This document shows positions 47,773 through 57,018 of a stretch of 64,000 bases of DNA, in pieces. The translations under genes and the position numbers were made by a program. Below the pieces are notes generated by a model. It saw nothing but the letters and a program-made list of their open reading frames with translations. It made no database searches and was not told where the DNA came from. The stretch lies in the IMG/VR virus record IMGVR_UViG_3300005282_000001, positions 12,576 to 76,575 of that record; one strand, 5' to 3'. Origin of the DNA: a virus (lineage: Duplodnaviria > Caudoviricetes). Every line of letters starts with the position of its first letter. The first letter of the stretch is position 1.

Positions 47773-48066
47773 TCACTTCTTTCCTTTACATGCTGCCTTC
47801 ATAGGACTACTAGCGGATGCTTTAGTTTTACATGCGCATTTTACTTTAGTATCCGCTGCACACATCTTTGATTTATCCATTGAACCCTTAACATTCTTAA
47901 GTTTTGGATTGGCTTTCTTCGCGGCTGGTGAAGCATTTCTTGCGACTTTTGCAGCAGTTGCATCACCAATCTCTTGAGCTTTCTTAGGACTCATGCCTTT
48001 ATCAATGTACCCCTGTGCAATACTGTTGGATACCTTATCAAACCCCAGATGTTTCTTTGTTGCCAA
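47773..48066 (-). CDS. Small very basic Lys/Ala-rich protein
   Basis: KHLGF...ASPAAKKANPKLKNVKG. Confidence 0.65.
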   Translation of the reverse strand: MATKKHLGFDKVSNSIAQGYIDKGMSPKKAQEIGDATAAKVARNASPAAKKANPKLKNVKGSMDKSKMCAADTKVKCACKTKASASSPMKAACKGKK

Positions 48067-49408
48067 TCATATCCCCTCCTTCATTAGGTTTCTTACCAAC
48101 TCCATTGAATCCACCAGTATCTTTTGCTTTACCAGATTCCTTAAGTATCTTCAGTTGATTATCTGTGTTGATAGCTCCTGAGGCTTCCTGTGAGGTCATC
48201 TGAGCATAGTTTGTGTCCTGTATAGGATAACCTAAGGCTTCTCTTCCATCGTTCCTTGTGATAAGTCCTGTGGTGTACTGAGCACATACGCGAGAATTCA
48301 ATGAATTCAATTGAGCGTCCGTTAGTTCATACTTGAATTTAAACTTAAGTATACCTTCATAACCCAACTGAGCAATCACATGTTGATTCCACATGTCCTC
48401 TATAACATTTGCCCATGGTTTTATAACGTTTTCCAAGATGTAGTTGTCAAGGTCAGCTTCAGTAGATCTATCGGTACTTGTCATAACACCCATGCGTCTC
48501 GGTGGCATCTTGAAAGCCATCCCCACGATTACCCTTAGGAACTCTTGGTATTCCGTCATGAGTGCATCTTTAGATATTGCCTTGATTTGCTTGGACTCAA
48601 ATGCGTCCCCACCAGATATCACAGGAATCTTACCAGTACCTTCAATTTCCTCTGCCATATACTTACGGAATTCGTTAAGGGTTGTTTCGCCCATTCCTTT
48701 GAAATACAATAGGAATTCTGAAGTTGAGTTTGCAGCTACCTCATCAGCTCTCTCGCCAGCCGTAAGCATTGCCCTAACGTATTGATAGGCTGTCATAAGG
48801 GGGCTTACAGGATACGGTTCATGCGTAAAGTATTCCTTCTGGATATACGCAAGTTGTTGTGCAGAGAAATATTTAGTTCCCTCTGGTTGCTGTTGTGCAT
48901 ATCTTGCGGCATCCTCATGTTGATAATCATAAGGGACCACATGTTGTATTGTGGTTGCATCAGTTGGGTAAAGATACAATGGATGACTAGTGTCACCACA
49001 CGGAACCTTTTCAAATGCACCAGCACCCCTAGCAACCAACATATCCTCAAGGATTAGCTTGGTAAATGCTACTCTTGAGTTCACCAAATTAGGACATTCG
49101 ATAATATTAGTAATCTGCTTGCGTTGCTTAGAATACTTACGAGTATCATTAGGATCAACATTTTCGATTACATATGGAAGTCTACTTATGGTATCCTCAA
49201 TTTGTGTTACAGGAATTCTACAGATTGCATTGCGACCAAAGTTCCTCAGTTCAACATGTGATGGATTCTTAGGAAGCATAGTGTGTTGCCCTGGAGTTTT
49301 CGCAGAAACCCAATTGTAAAACATGTTAGGCAACACAGCGAATGCTGGAGGTGATATTTTGGTTGCTGCGAGTACCCTAAGTTTTTCTATGATATTGATG
49401 TAAATCAC
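48038..49408 (-). CDS. Portal protein
   Basis: VSPL, AFKMPPRRMG, VIKPW, GLITRNDGREALG. Confidence 0.9.
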   Translation of the reverse strand: MIYINIIEKLRVLAATKISPPAFAVLPNMFYNWVSAKTPGQHTMLPKNPSHVELRNFGRNAICRIPVTQIEDTISRLPYVIENVDPNDTRKYSKQRKQITNIIECPNLVNSRVAFTKLILEDMLVARGAGAFEKVPCGDTSHPLYLYPTDATTIQHVVPYDYQHEDAARYAQQQPEGTKYFSAQQLAYIQKEYFTHEPYPVSPLMTAYQYVRAMLTAGERADEVAANSTSEFLLYFKGMGETTLNEFRKYMAEEIEGTGKIPVISGGDAFESKQIKAISKDALMTEYQEFLRVIVGMAFKMPPRRMGVMTSTDRSTEADLDNYILENVIKPWANVIEDMWNQHVIAQLGYEGILKFKFKYELTDAQLNSLNSRVCAQYTTGLITRNDGREALGYPIQDTNYAQMTSQEASGAINTDNQLKILKESGKAKDTGGFNGVGKKPNEGGDMIGNKETSGV

Positions 49409-49431
49409 CTCCTCTCTCCTTTAGATATTTG

Positions 49432-49677
49432 TTATTTTACAGTAAAGTTTTCCCATTTCTTATAAACGTCAACATATGTTTCATTCTTGTCACCATTATG
49501 TGTAATCTCATAGTACATACCATCAGATACATTGGTACTCGCTAGTACTTTCCAATTCTGTAGAGTCTTTGCAAACCAGACGATATAAATGTCATCGATT
49601 GCAACCTGTTTTCTATCTGTTTTATCCACACGACTATTAAAGTATTCCATAACAATTTTCTTTGCTTTTTCTTGCAT
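49432..49677 (-). CDS. DUF6275-like hypothetical protein
   Basis: VWFAKTLQNWK..ST...DGMYYEITHNGDK (family recognised from memory). Confidence 0.65.
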   Translation of the reverse strand: MQEKAKKIVMEYFNSRVDKTDRKQVAIDDIYIVWFAKTLQNWKVLASTNVSDGMYYEITHNGDKNETYVDVYKKWENFTVK

Positions 49678-49693
49678 TTACTATCGCTCTCCT

Positions 49694-51364
49694 TTAGATT
49701 CCGAATTGTTTGTACGCTTGTTTAGCTTTAGTTATCCATGATGCTTCAGTCTTCTTTGAGCCATTGGTATCAATAGAAGCAAATGAGAATTTCTTGAGTG
49801 CTGTGTCGGAAACCCCTTGCATAGCCATCCATAAGCTATCGAATAGATTATCAGATGCAGCCTTAGGGAACCTTCGCATTTCGTTCATGAGTTTCTTTTG
49901 TTCTGGCTCATTGAATTTTATCCAGCCATTCCTTATGGGAATTATGAGTGACCTAAGTTTCATGGATTTATCGCGGTTAGTCGGTGGCTTAATTCCATTG
50001 GTCGGGATGATTATTCCTGCTGATTTCGCACGGTTATCTATGAGGTCCTTAAGCAACACTTGGAATACTGTTGTTTCTACATTGACTGACCTAAGAATAT
50101 CAAAGTATTGTGAGGCGAATAGGAATATCTGGTCAATCACCTGGTCTATAGGTTTTTTACCAGACCACGTCTCTAGTACATAGTATTGGTTATTGCTATC
50201 TTTCCCTACAACTGTTATAGCTGAATCATCAGATTTCCTCTTGGCAGTTGCAGCAGCATCTATCCCGATGTACGCATCAACAATCTCAGGTAATTCCGCA
50301 GGATTGTATTGTGCTCTCTCAAGCCATTCCTCTTTGATCTCACGGTTTTCCTCAAGGACTCCATCGTTCTGATACTCAGTAGCAAATGCATCCTCACCAA
50401 TTCCTATACGTTCCTTAATTAGTTCATAATAGGCATCATCAGAACGGTTCCAAAGTACTTCTGTACCCTTTAGCATTTCTTCCCTATGTTCATGATAAAA
50501 CTTATCAGAGTTATCTATTCTATTAGGGTCCTCAAGATTAACTCTAACATCAAACCATTCATCCCACAACGGCGATTCAGAAAAACTTATGACTGCTTGA
50601 TATTTTCTAGTGAAGAATGCTGAATACTGTGGATCTGTCAGCATTCTAAAGAGCAAACATGCGTCATTCAATATAGTACCCACAACAAATATGTTGCAGT
50701 TTTTCTCACCAGCTGGCATAACTACTTTATTAACCCAGTCCTCAATTTTATGCCTTTGTTCAGACGTACTTGAGTTAGCTTCTGAAAGTATTTCATCACA
50801 AATTATCATAGTAGGTCTATAACCATCCATTTTGGTTCCACGTACGTCCATTCCAGAACCTTTGACGCTCATTGTTATCCCGTTATAACATTTTATTTGA
50901 CTTGAATTCCATGGCTTTTCACCTACAAGATTTCCAAAATCGGCAATAAATTTATCATCTGTTTCTATAAATGCTATAATATCTCTCAAGAAAGCCTTTC
51001 CAAGGGGACCCGTGGATGTTACCAATAGGATATTTTTGGTATGCTTGTACGCTATACACCACAAAGGGAAAGCATATGATGCCCAAAAGGACTTAGCGGA
51101 ACCACGGTTACTCACGTAGCATGTGTGAGTCTTCTCTTCTTTATGCTCAAGAACTAACGATTGTAGTCTGTTGGCAATATTATAGTGAAACTCTGAGAGT
51201 CTATCCCATTCCTCTTGCGCTTCATTCCAGAGGTACGTGTGAACGAACAGCATGAAATCATAGCGACACTTATCTTTGTCACTTTGGGATACTGGAGTTT
51301 TACTTTTGGCTTCTTCAGCGTGTTCCGCAAATAACTCATCAAGAACATTAGCCACTGATAACAC
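49694..51364 (-). CDS. terL: Terminase large subunit
   Basis: RGSAKS Walker A, IICDE Walker B, VGT, YIGIDAA...DDSAI, DNLFDS nuclease motifs. Confidence 0.93.
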   Translation of the reverse strand: MLSVANVLDELFAEHAEEAKSKTPVSQSDKDKCRYDFMLFVHTYLWNEAQEEWDRLSEFHYNIANRLQSLVLEHKEEKTHTCYVSNRGSAKSFWASYAFPLWCIAYKHTKNILLVTSTGPLGKAFLRDIIAFIETDDKFIADFGNLVGEKPWNSSQIKCYNGITMSVKGSGMDVRGTKMDGYRPTMIICDEILSEANSSTSEQRHKIEDWVNKVVMPAGEKNCNIFVVGTILNDACLLFRMLTDPQYSAFFTRKYQAVISFSESPLWDEWFDVRVNLEDPNRIDNSDKFYHEHREEMLKGTEVLWNRSDDAYYELIKERIGIGEDAFATEYQNDGVLEENREIKEEWLERAQYNPAELPEIVDAYIGIDAAATAKRKSDDSAITVVGKDSNNQYYVLETWSGKKPIDQVIDQIFLFASQYFDILRSVNVETTVFQVLLKDLIDNRAKSAGIIIPTNGIKPPTNRDKSMKLRSLIIPIRNGWIKFNEPEQKKLMNEMRRFPKAASDNLFDSLWMAMQGVSDTALKKFSFASIDTNGSKKTEASWITKAKQAYKQFGI

Positions 51365-52352
51365 CTTCCTTAGTATTCAACAGATATCTGCTTTGATGTT
51401 GCTGTATTCTCCAGTACCTTTTATCAGAATACGTAGGTTGTTTTTTGAACCATGTGGGCATAAAAGATGTCCTTTTGCTTTGGTTGCAAATTTTGCAGGT
51501 TGGAACAATATTGAACACGGCATCGCACAGGTCAGGGTGTTCACGACTCATAACAGACTGAGGTATTATATGTTCAGCCATAAGAGTTTCATGCGACTCT
51601 CCACAGTAAGCACACTTGTGGTCAAATTCCTCAAGCGTTCTATTCCACTCAACCGAATTACCAAAGCAACCATTAAGCGACACAGGATATCCATCTGTGC
51701 TCCTTGTCATCGTATGTGTTTCAAAGCCAACCACAAGTTCCTGCACGTGTTCCAATGATAAATTAACAACAATCCAGTCTCTCACAGGTATTCTTATGGA
51801 ATTAGCATAAGGAACCTTAACTCCACACCATTTGCCTATGTCATCATAAAAAGTTCTCACACGGTCAATTCCTGTGGCTTGCTTATAACGTGTCAACAGG
51901 TTTTCCATAGTATATCTAGGTGCCACAAATGGTCTTAAGATGCCAGCGGCAGACAATTGTTCTTCAAGGCGAATAACTCTTTTGAGCACCTCTGGTTGAC
52001 TATCACTACTTGACGATTCGATAATGTCCCACACAAAATCCATAAGCTGATTAGCTTTTCTTTGACGACTCCATCTGCATATCTCAAGTACACCTCTCAA
52101 AGAATAAACAACTGTTTCTCTCGTTATTTCTCTGGTTCCCTCAACTGTGGTTACTTTAGTCACAGTTGAAAGTCCGTCAAGTCTATCGCTATGCGCCCTG
52201 TGTATCTTCTCGATTGCCCTGTTAGGATCAGCATACTCTAATGAGTCACCTATTTGCTTGCGTGATATAAATTTGTCACCGCTATTATCGGAATATATTT
52301 CACACAAGTTACCATTGAAAGAAGATACCTTTGAAATAACTAAGTTATTCAA
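51348..52352 (-). CDS. Bro-N domain + C-terminal HNH endonuclease
   Basis: ISRKQIGDSLEYADP...ANQLMDFVWDII; CAYCG...EHIIP...NIVPTCKICNQSK. Confidence 0.8.
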   Translation of the reverse strand: MNNLVISKVSSFNGNLCEIYSDNSGDKFISRKQIGDSLEYADPNRAIEKIHRAHSDRLDGLSTVTKVTTVEGTREITRETVVYSLRGVLEICRWSRQRKANQLMDFVWDIIESSSSDSQPEVLKRVIRLEEQLSAAGILRPFVAPRYTMENLLTRYKQATGIDRVRTFYDDIGKWCGVKVPYANSIRIPVRDWIVVNLSLEHVQELVVGFETHTMTRSTDGYPVSLNGCFGNSVEWNRTLEEFDHKCAYCGESHETLMAEHIIPQSVMSREHPDLCDAVFNIVPTCKICNQSKRTSFMPTWFKKQPTYSDKRYWRIQQHQSRYLLNTKEGVISG

Positions 52353-52967
52353 TAGACTTGTAATCCTCTATAATCTCTTCTCTTGCTAGGATGATACAGT
52401 CCTCATTATATTGAGGTAATTTTGGAAACTTAATCTGCACCCCTTGTTCCTGAAGGTAGATAAGTTTCGACTGGAGCACATCTATTTGGTCATAAAGATT
52501 ACTGATATACTCTTTAATAATAAAGTTTTTCTTATGAATTACACTAGATAATGAATCAACTCTATTTTCTATATCCTTTTTAGTTACATCGAACTTATTG
52601 TTATTTTCTTTTATTTCTTCAACACGCTTATCATAGTATAATTGCCTAACTATCTCTTCCATGCCAGAACCTATTTCTTTAATTTCCGGCTCTATATTCC
52701 ACCTAGATAACTCTAGTGTAGACGCATATTTAACTACCTCATCGTAGCTTATATCAACCACTCTCCAATGGATCTGTTTTCATTAAAGTGATTATGAAAA
52801 AATGTCTCTAACTTACTATATTGATGCAATTCTGGAGTAATATACTTTCTTACTACCTTATAACCAGAGATCATTTGAATACTCATTATTCTCTTTTCTG
52901 GATCTACACTTTTACCTATTTTTACTCTACCATTCTCATTTTCTATTACATACACATATCCAGCCAT
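52345..52967 (-). pseudogene. T5orf172/GIY-YIG-like gene split by a 1-nt frameshift
   Basis: YVYVI...KIGKS...GEW continues as DISYDEVV in the adjacent frame at ~52758. Confidence 0.65.
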
Positions 52968-53030
52968 TTAATCTCTCCTTAGTTATATTTTAGGTTCCAA
53001 CTGTCCCTAAAGTAGTCACAGTTGCATAAC

Positions 53031-53062
53031 AAAAGAGCACCCAAGATTTCTCTCAAGTGCTC
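53031..53062 (-). terminator. Intrinsic terminator closing the large non-coding region
   Basis: GAGCAC...GTGCTC-TTTT. Confidence 0.75.
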
Positions 53063-53675
53063 ACTTCACTTCTATTGGGTAGTCGTGAATTACGACACCC
53101 ATACATAGTTTCCTATGTCTTCATATCTATCATGCAGTATCAGTTGGTTATCCAAGGCACACCACGTGGAGGTTCTGCTGCCGTGCCTCATTTGGGTGAG
53201 AGTTTATTTTAGTGTGCCCCACCCATCACACCTGTGCCGTAGCCCCTACCGCGCTTATCGGCTATCCTTAGCTTCCCCAATGCGTCCATTGAATACTGCC
53301 GTGTACTTTGGCATCCTAAGGTCTGCATTAAATCCCTTGTCACAGTCAAGGCAACTGTTAGTCCTGCCCCACGCCATCGCATGAACTCGTGAGAACCATT
53401 AACAGCGTTTTATGTGTGCTCTCCACATCATCGAGCAATCCCTAAGACTGCTCTTGTTCTCCCCGTGTTACTTATGGATACCTACGAGCACCCATCGTAA
53501 CCTGTGGATTTTTATAGTGCGCTATTACAACATGGGCGACCCTGAGGTTTTCCACGGATTACCACCACAAGCACTACAGACGCCATCCTGCGTTTCTATG
53601 GATGTTCGTAGACATTCCATACGGCTCCTTAACGTTCATCCCTTTGATATTACATATCGGGTTAATGGAGACCCT
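53035..53675 (-). ncRNA. Candidate large structured non-coding RNA (~640 nt), family not identified
   Basis: No credible gene; many nested helices (53103-53118, 53076-53101, 53134-40/53293-99, 53155-60/53183-88, 53266-71/53316-21, 53433-53453, 53515-20/53571-76); terminator at 3' end. Confidence 0.7.
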
Positions 53676-53679
53676 TATG

Positions 53680-53898
53680 TTACTTTTGTTTATCTACAGC
53701 TTTACCATAGATTTTCTCTTCAAGTCCCTCATATCTACTCAAGTCTTTCTCTTGTCTTGCTATGAGCTTCTGTTGAGTTTCCAATAGGCTTGCCATGTAA
53801 TAATCCAACATTTCACTCATGTTGCCTATCTGTTCAACCAACTGTTCAACACTGGCTTCGTCCATAGTATCCTCCGCGAATCTCTTGTAGATCCTCAC
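53680..53898 (-). CDS. Hypothetical coiled-coil protein (likely start MDEASV)
   Basis: GGAGG RBS. Confidence 0.55.
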   Translation of the reverse strand: MRIYKRFAEDTMDEASVEQLVEQIGNMSEMLDYYMASLLETQQKLIARQEKDLSRYEGLEEKIYGKAVDKQK

Positions 53899-53986
53899 GC
53901 TTCTTATGATATTCCTTGAGTTCTTTTTTGAGATTCTTATGTTTTTCTTTAGGTTTCTTATGTTTCTCGCGTTCTTCTAAGCTCAC
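53846..53986 (-). CDS. Small Lys/Glu-rich peptide (46 aa, not in ORF track)
   Basis: GGGAGGT RBS, GTGA overlap with phoH. Confidence 0.5.
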   Translation of the reverse strand: MSLEEREKHKKPKEKHKNLKKELKEYHKKREDLQEIRGGYYGRSQC

Positions 53987-54666
53987 ACTTGTACCTCCCG
54001 TGGCATACTTTCGGCTCTCCGTGACATCTTACCACGGTAATCAGTTTCCAACGTTACTTTAGAACCCCATGAAGGTTCACTCATGTATTCCCCAAAGCGT
54101 TCAAATGAACTATCTTGGCGTTTATTGTCAAGTTGCTTAGAATCCCCACAGTACACACATGTACAATTGTCATGTAATCTCGTTAGGACTAACTTAATGT
54201 CATCATATGTTCCATTCTGTGCTTCATCAATGATAACTCCACAGTTCTCTAGGTTAACCCCACGCAACCCAATGTCACTTGTGAGACGTAAGGTATCATC
54301 AGCTCTCATGATATCAATGTGTTCCGGTTGTATTCCAAGTGTAATCAGTGCGTCATACACTGGTGTCCACATGGTTCTACACTTGTCTTCAAGAGTACCA
54401 GGAAGGAACCCTTGTTTTCTATCGCGGTCACTTGGGAATCTCACATAAATTATTCTTTGGATTTTCTCTTCAGATAACATGTTGATTAACGCATGAAATC
54501 CAATGAGCGTCTTTCCAGTACCGCAGATTGCATTACAGTACACAAATGACTTGTCAAGAATACTTTGGTAATACACGCGTTGGTACTGGTCATATCTATT
54601 GAATATCTTATCGCGTTCTTTTGTGTCCTTAAGTAATACCATAAGGTCTAGCTCACGTTTGAACAT
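53983..54666 (-). CDS. phoH: PhoH-family ATPase
   Basis: GTGKT, GFLPG, RGVNL, IIDEAQN, GDSKQLD. Confidence 0.93.
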   Translation of the reverse strand: MFKRELDLMVLLKDTKERDKIFNRYDQYQRVYYQSILDKSFVYCNAICGTGKTLIGFHALINMLSEEKIQRIIYVRFPSDRDRKQGFLPGTLEDKCRTMWTPVYDALITLGIQPEHIDIMRADDTLRLTSDIGLRGVNLENCGVIIDEAQNGTYDDIKLVLTRLHDNCTCVYCGDSKQLDNKRQDSSFERFGEYMSEPSWGSKVTLETDYRGKMSRRAESMPREVQV

Positions 54667-54684
54667 AAGAATCCTCCTAGAATT

Positions 54685-55515
54685 TTATTTACTTATACAA
54701 GACTTACTACGGAATTTCTTTTGTACAGGTAAAAATAGTTCTTCTACTGTTTTCCCTGCATAATATCTATACTGAAGAGTTTGATACTGGATTCCAATAG
54801 CTTCTGCCCATTGTTTCAATGTCCTAGTTTCTCCCATGTATTTTATTTTAATATTTCTAGTAGTGTTGTTTGCTTGTTGTTTTGGAGTTGCCCACCGGCA
54901 ATTATCTTTACTATAGTTATCATTGACATCTATCCTATCTATTGAATGCAAGTGTGTAGGGCTTTTCCCCATATCTCTATAAAAATTCATAAAAGAATTT
55001 TTCCATTCATCAGACATCGTTATACCTCTTCCTCCATAGTATTTATACGAATCTTTATTACTATTATAGCAACGGTCCTTAATACATCTCCATATACTAA
55101 ATTCCCTTGTTTTATACATTCCATGTTTTGTTATTCTATCTAGGTTATAACATCCACAACTTTTTGTCTTTCCGCTTTTTAGTGCATCTGTTTTCACCTC
55201 TACAATGTTTCCACAGTCACATATACATTTCCACTTTAACCAATTATTTCTACCAGTATACACTTTACCTATAACTGTTAGCCTTGCAAACTTACTACCA
55301 ATTAAATCTAAAGAGGTTTCGTGCATAACTTCATCATGATAGCATCCGCAAGACAAAGTTACCCCTCTTATAAGACTAGCTCCTAATACCGTTACATAGT
55401 TTCCACATTCGCACTGACAGTTCCATCTGGACTTACCAGCTTTACTATTGTCTGCCCTACTTATAATACTAAGTCTTCCGAACTTCTTTCCAGTTAAATC
55501 TACTACATTACTCAC
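54685..55515 (-). CDS. Free-standing HNH homing endonuclease with duplicated N-terminal Zn module
   Basis: Two W.C.CDCG...SCGC units, YGGRGI, SIDRIDVNDNYSKDNCRW. Confidence 0.9.
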   Translation of the reverse strand: MSNVVDLTGKKFGRLSIISRADNSKAGKSRWNCQCECGNYVTVLGASLIRGVTLSCGCYHDEVMHETSLDLIGSKFARLTVIGKVYTGRNNWLKWKCICDCGNIVEVKTDALKSGKTKSCGCYNLDRITKHGMYKTREFSIWRCIKDRCYNSNKDSYKYYGGRGITMSDEWKNSFMNFYRDMGKSPTHLHSIDRIDVNDNYSKDNCRWATPKQQANNTTRNIKIKYMGETRTLKQWAEAIGIQYQTLQYRYYAGKTVEELFLPVQKKFRSKSCISK

Positions 55516-55587
55516 GATAATTTACTTGATGCTGAACTTGCGGCTATCTTTTCATCACTTGTGAGTACCACAGCATTACCAGCAGCG

Positions 55588-55854
55588 TCATATTCCAAGA
55601 AAGAGTCTCCAAACAGCGATTCTTCCAGCATCGATTTCTTCAGATGTACTAAGTGCTGTCGTTGAGTACTCTGTAGCTGCGACTGTGATATCCTTTGGTG
55701 TTACAAATGTTACATATGAAGTTCCTACGAGCATCTCATCACATTCTACTGTAACACTAGTATCACTAGATGCTGAGATTTTTCCATGGATTTCAATTGC
55801 TGTTCCTACGTTATATGCCATTGTCATTCCTCCGTTTTCATTTTGCGATAACAT
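55588..55854 (-). CDS. Hypothetical protein (likely start MAYNVG)
   Basis: GGAGG RBS. Confidence 0.55.
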   Translation of the reverse strand: MLSQNENGGMTMAYNVGTAIEIHGKISASSDTSVTVECDEMLVGTSYVTFVTPKDITVAATEYSTTALSTSEEIDAGRIAVWRLFLGI

Positions 55855-56450
55855 TCGTTTAATATTGGGTCTTTCTTGATTTCCGCACGTATTTCATTAG
55901 CAAGCTCATTGTCTCTTTCTTTAAGTATATCAAAGGTTCTCTGTACAATCTGAGATACTATAGAAAAGCTATAGACTTTCTCTTGCATCCTACAGATACT
56001 TGCGACCAATGAGGATTGCTTAGTGGTAATCTCACGGTAACTCTTAGATAACTCTATAAGGAGCTTGCTATCGTACCTTTCGTCATCTTGGTCAATCTCA
56101 GTACATGCCTCTATTCTGTTGAATAGTGCTTCAGCAATGAACTGTATCTTCTCAAGAGCATCACATTCGACTCTATAGACGTTTATGGCTTCTTTAGCAT
56201 CTTCCTTACGAGTATCATTGAGCCCTCTGTCCTTAAGATACCTATTGAGAGATGGTACAGTCACTTGGCTTCCATCGTCTGGTAAGTATTTTTTGGGGTT
56301 GCCATTAATATACTTAGCAATCTTCATGGCTCCCCAGCCTTTTTTCGAGCGTAACTCTTGAACAATATCCTCAAGTCCTAGAGCTACTATAGAACTTTGC
56401 CTTGAACCATTCTTTGCTATCTTACGCTTAGTCTTTACAACTTCACCCAT
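55824..56450 (-). CDS. Putative terminase small subunit (HTH + helical)
   Basis: N-terminal HTH-like GWGAMKIAKYIN; first gene of the late operon; positional inference. Confidence 0.5.
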   Translation of the reverse strand: MGEVVKTKRKIAKNGSRQSSIVALGLEDIVQELRSKKGWGAMKIAKYINGNPKKYLPDDGSQVTVPSLNRYLKDRGLNDTRKEDAKEAINVYRVECDALEKIQFIAEALFNRIEACTEIDQDDERYDSKLLIELSKSYREITTKQSSLVASICRMQEKVYSFSIVSQIVQRTFDILKERDNELANEIRAEIKKDPILNECYRKMKTEE

Positions 56451-56468
56451 GAATACCCTCCTTTGTTT

Positions 56469-56561
56469 TTCTATGAATATCTATAAGCAACCTTGGTCAG
56501 CCTTTGGGAACCAAACGGAACATATGCTAACTTCTCTGATTGCTTATAGATATCCATAGAA
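56469..56561. other. Long stem-loop (22-bp arms, one mismatch) in leader of putative terS
   Basis: ttctatgaatatctataagcaa (56469-90) / ttgcttatagatatccatagaa (56540-61). Confidence 0.85.
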
Positions 56562-56571
56562 CTTACATAGG

Positions 56572-56580
56572 AGTATATCA
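56572..56580 (-). promoter_or_regulatory. Extended -10 element, candidate late promoter
   Basis: TG-A-TATACT with no canonical -35. Confidence 0.45.
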
Positions 56581-56584
56581 TGGT

Positions 56585-56725
56585 TGTTGTGAAGCGTTAG
56601 CTGAACAACAGGTGCGTAAGCACCAAGACAGAGTTGCCCCCTACCCCCACAAGTGTATCCTAAGTATTACTTAAGTACCCTATGGTTTCTGCTAACGCAG
56701 ATATTGTTTCGCTTCGCTCACAATA
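56585..56725. other. Symmetric array of four GNA/GNNA mini-hairpins
   Basis: + strand: 56585-610 and 56611-624; - strand: 56702-725 and 56688-701. Confidence 0.75.
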
Positions 56726-56844
56726 GACTTGGTCATATAATCTCTGTTGTCCCTATGTCCCCCTAAGATATCCTCTTAGATTACTTAGTAACTCTTCATT
56801 GCCTCTTACATTACCCTTGAATTCTTAAGTATTACTTAAGTACC
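56661..56844. repeat. 19-bp exact direct repeat containing palindrome TAAGTA-T-TACTTA
   Basis: taagtattacttaagtacc at 56661-79 and 56826-44. Confidence 0.85.
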
Positions 56845-57018
56845 TATCGTCCCTAATGTACCCCTACATAATATGTCCAGAAACTGGGGATATTTTCGCA
56901 CGTTTTACAAAAGTTTTTTCAAGTATTTTCTAGTGATACCCCATGAACCCAATAGAATCAATAGTTTACACTTGAAAATATTTTTGTATTCGTCAGAAAT
57001 ACTATAGATTATTTGTGA

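Noticed and set aside
24691-53052. Shared CAAGATTTCTC in two terminator loops as an antiterminator site
   Set aside because: On the transcribed strand both are simply GA[GAAA]UC tetraloop-capped stems, a common terminator feature.
53618-53627. Group II intron domain V (GAGCCGTATG on - strand)
   Set aside because: The complementary CGGTTC half, domain VI and GUGYG start are missing; no interrupted gene or RT.
54666-55600. Flanking duplication around the 54685 HNH
   Set aside because: Only AAGTAAAT is shared; too short to support.
55515-55632. Alternative-frame ORF MLEESLFGDS... overlapping the end of 55588..55854 (possible frameshift)
   Set aside because: No RBS or slippery site identified; cannot separate it from chance.
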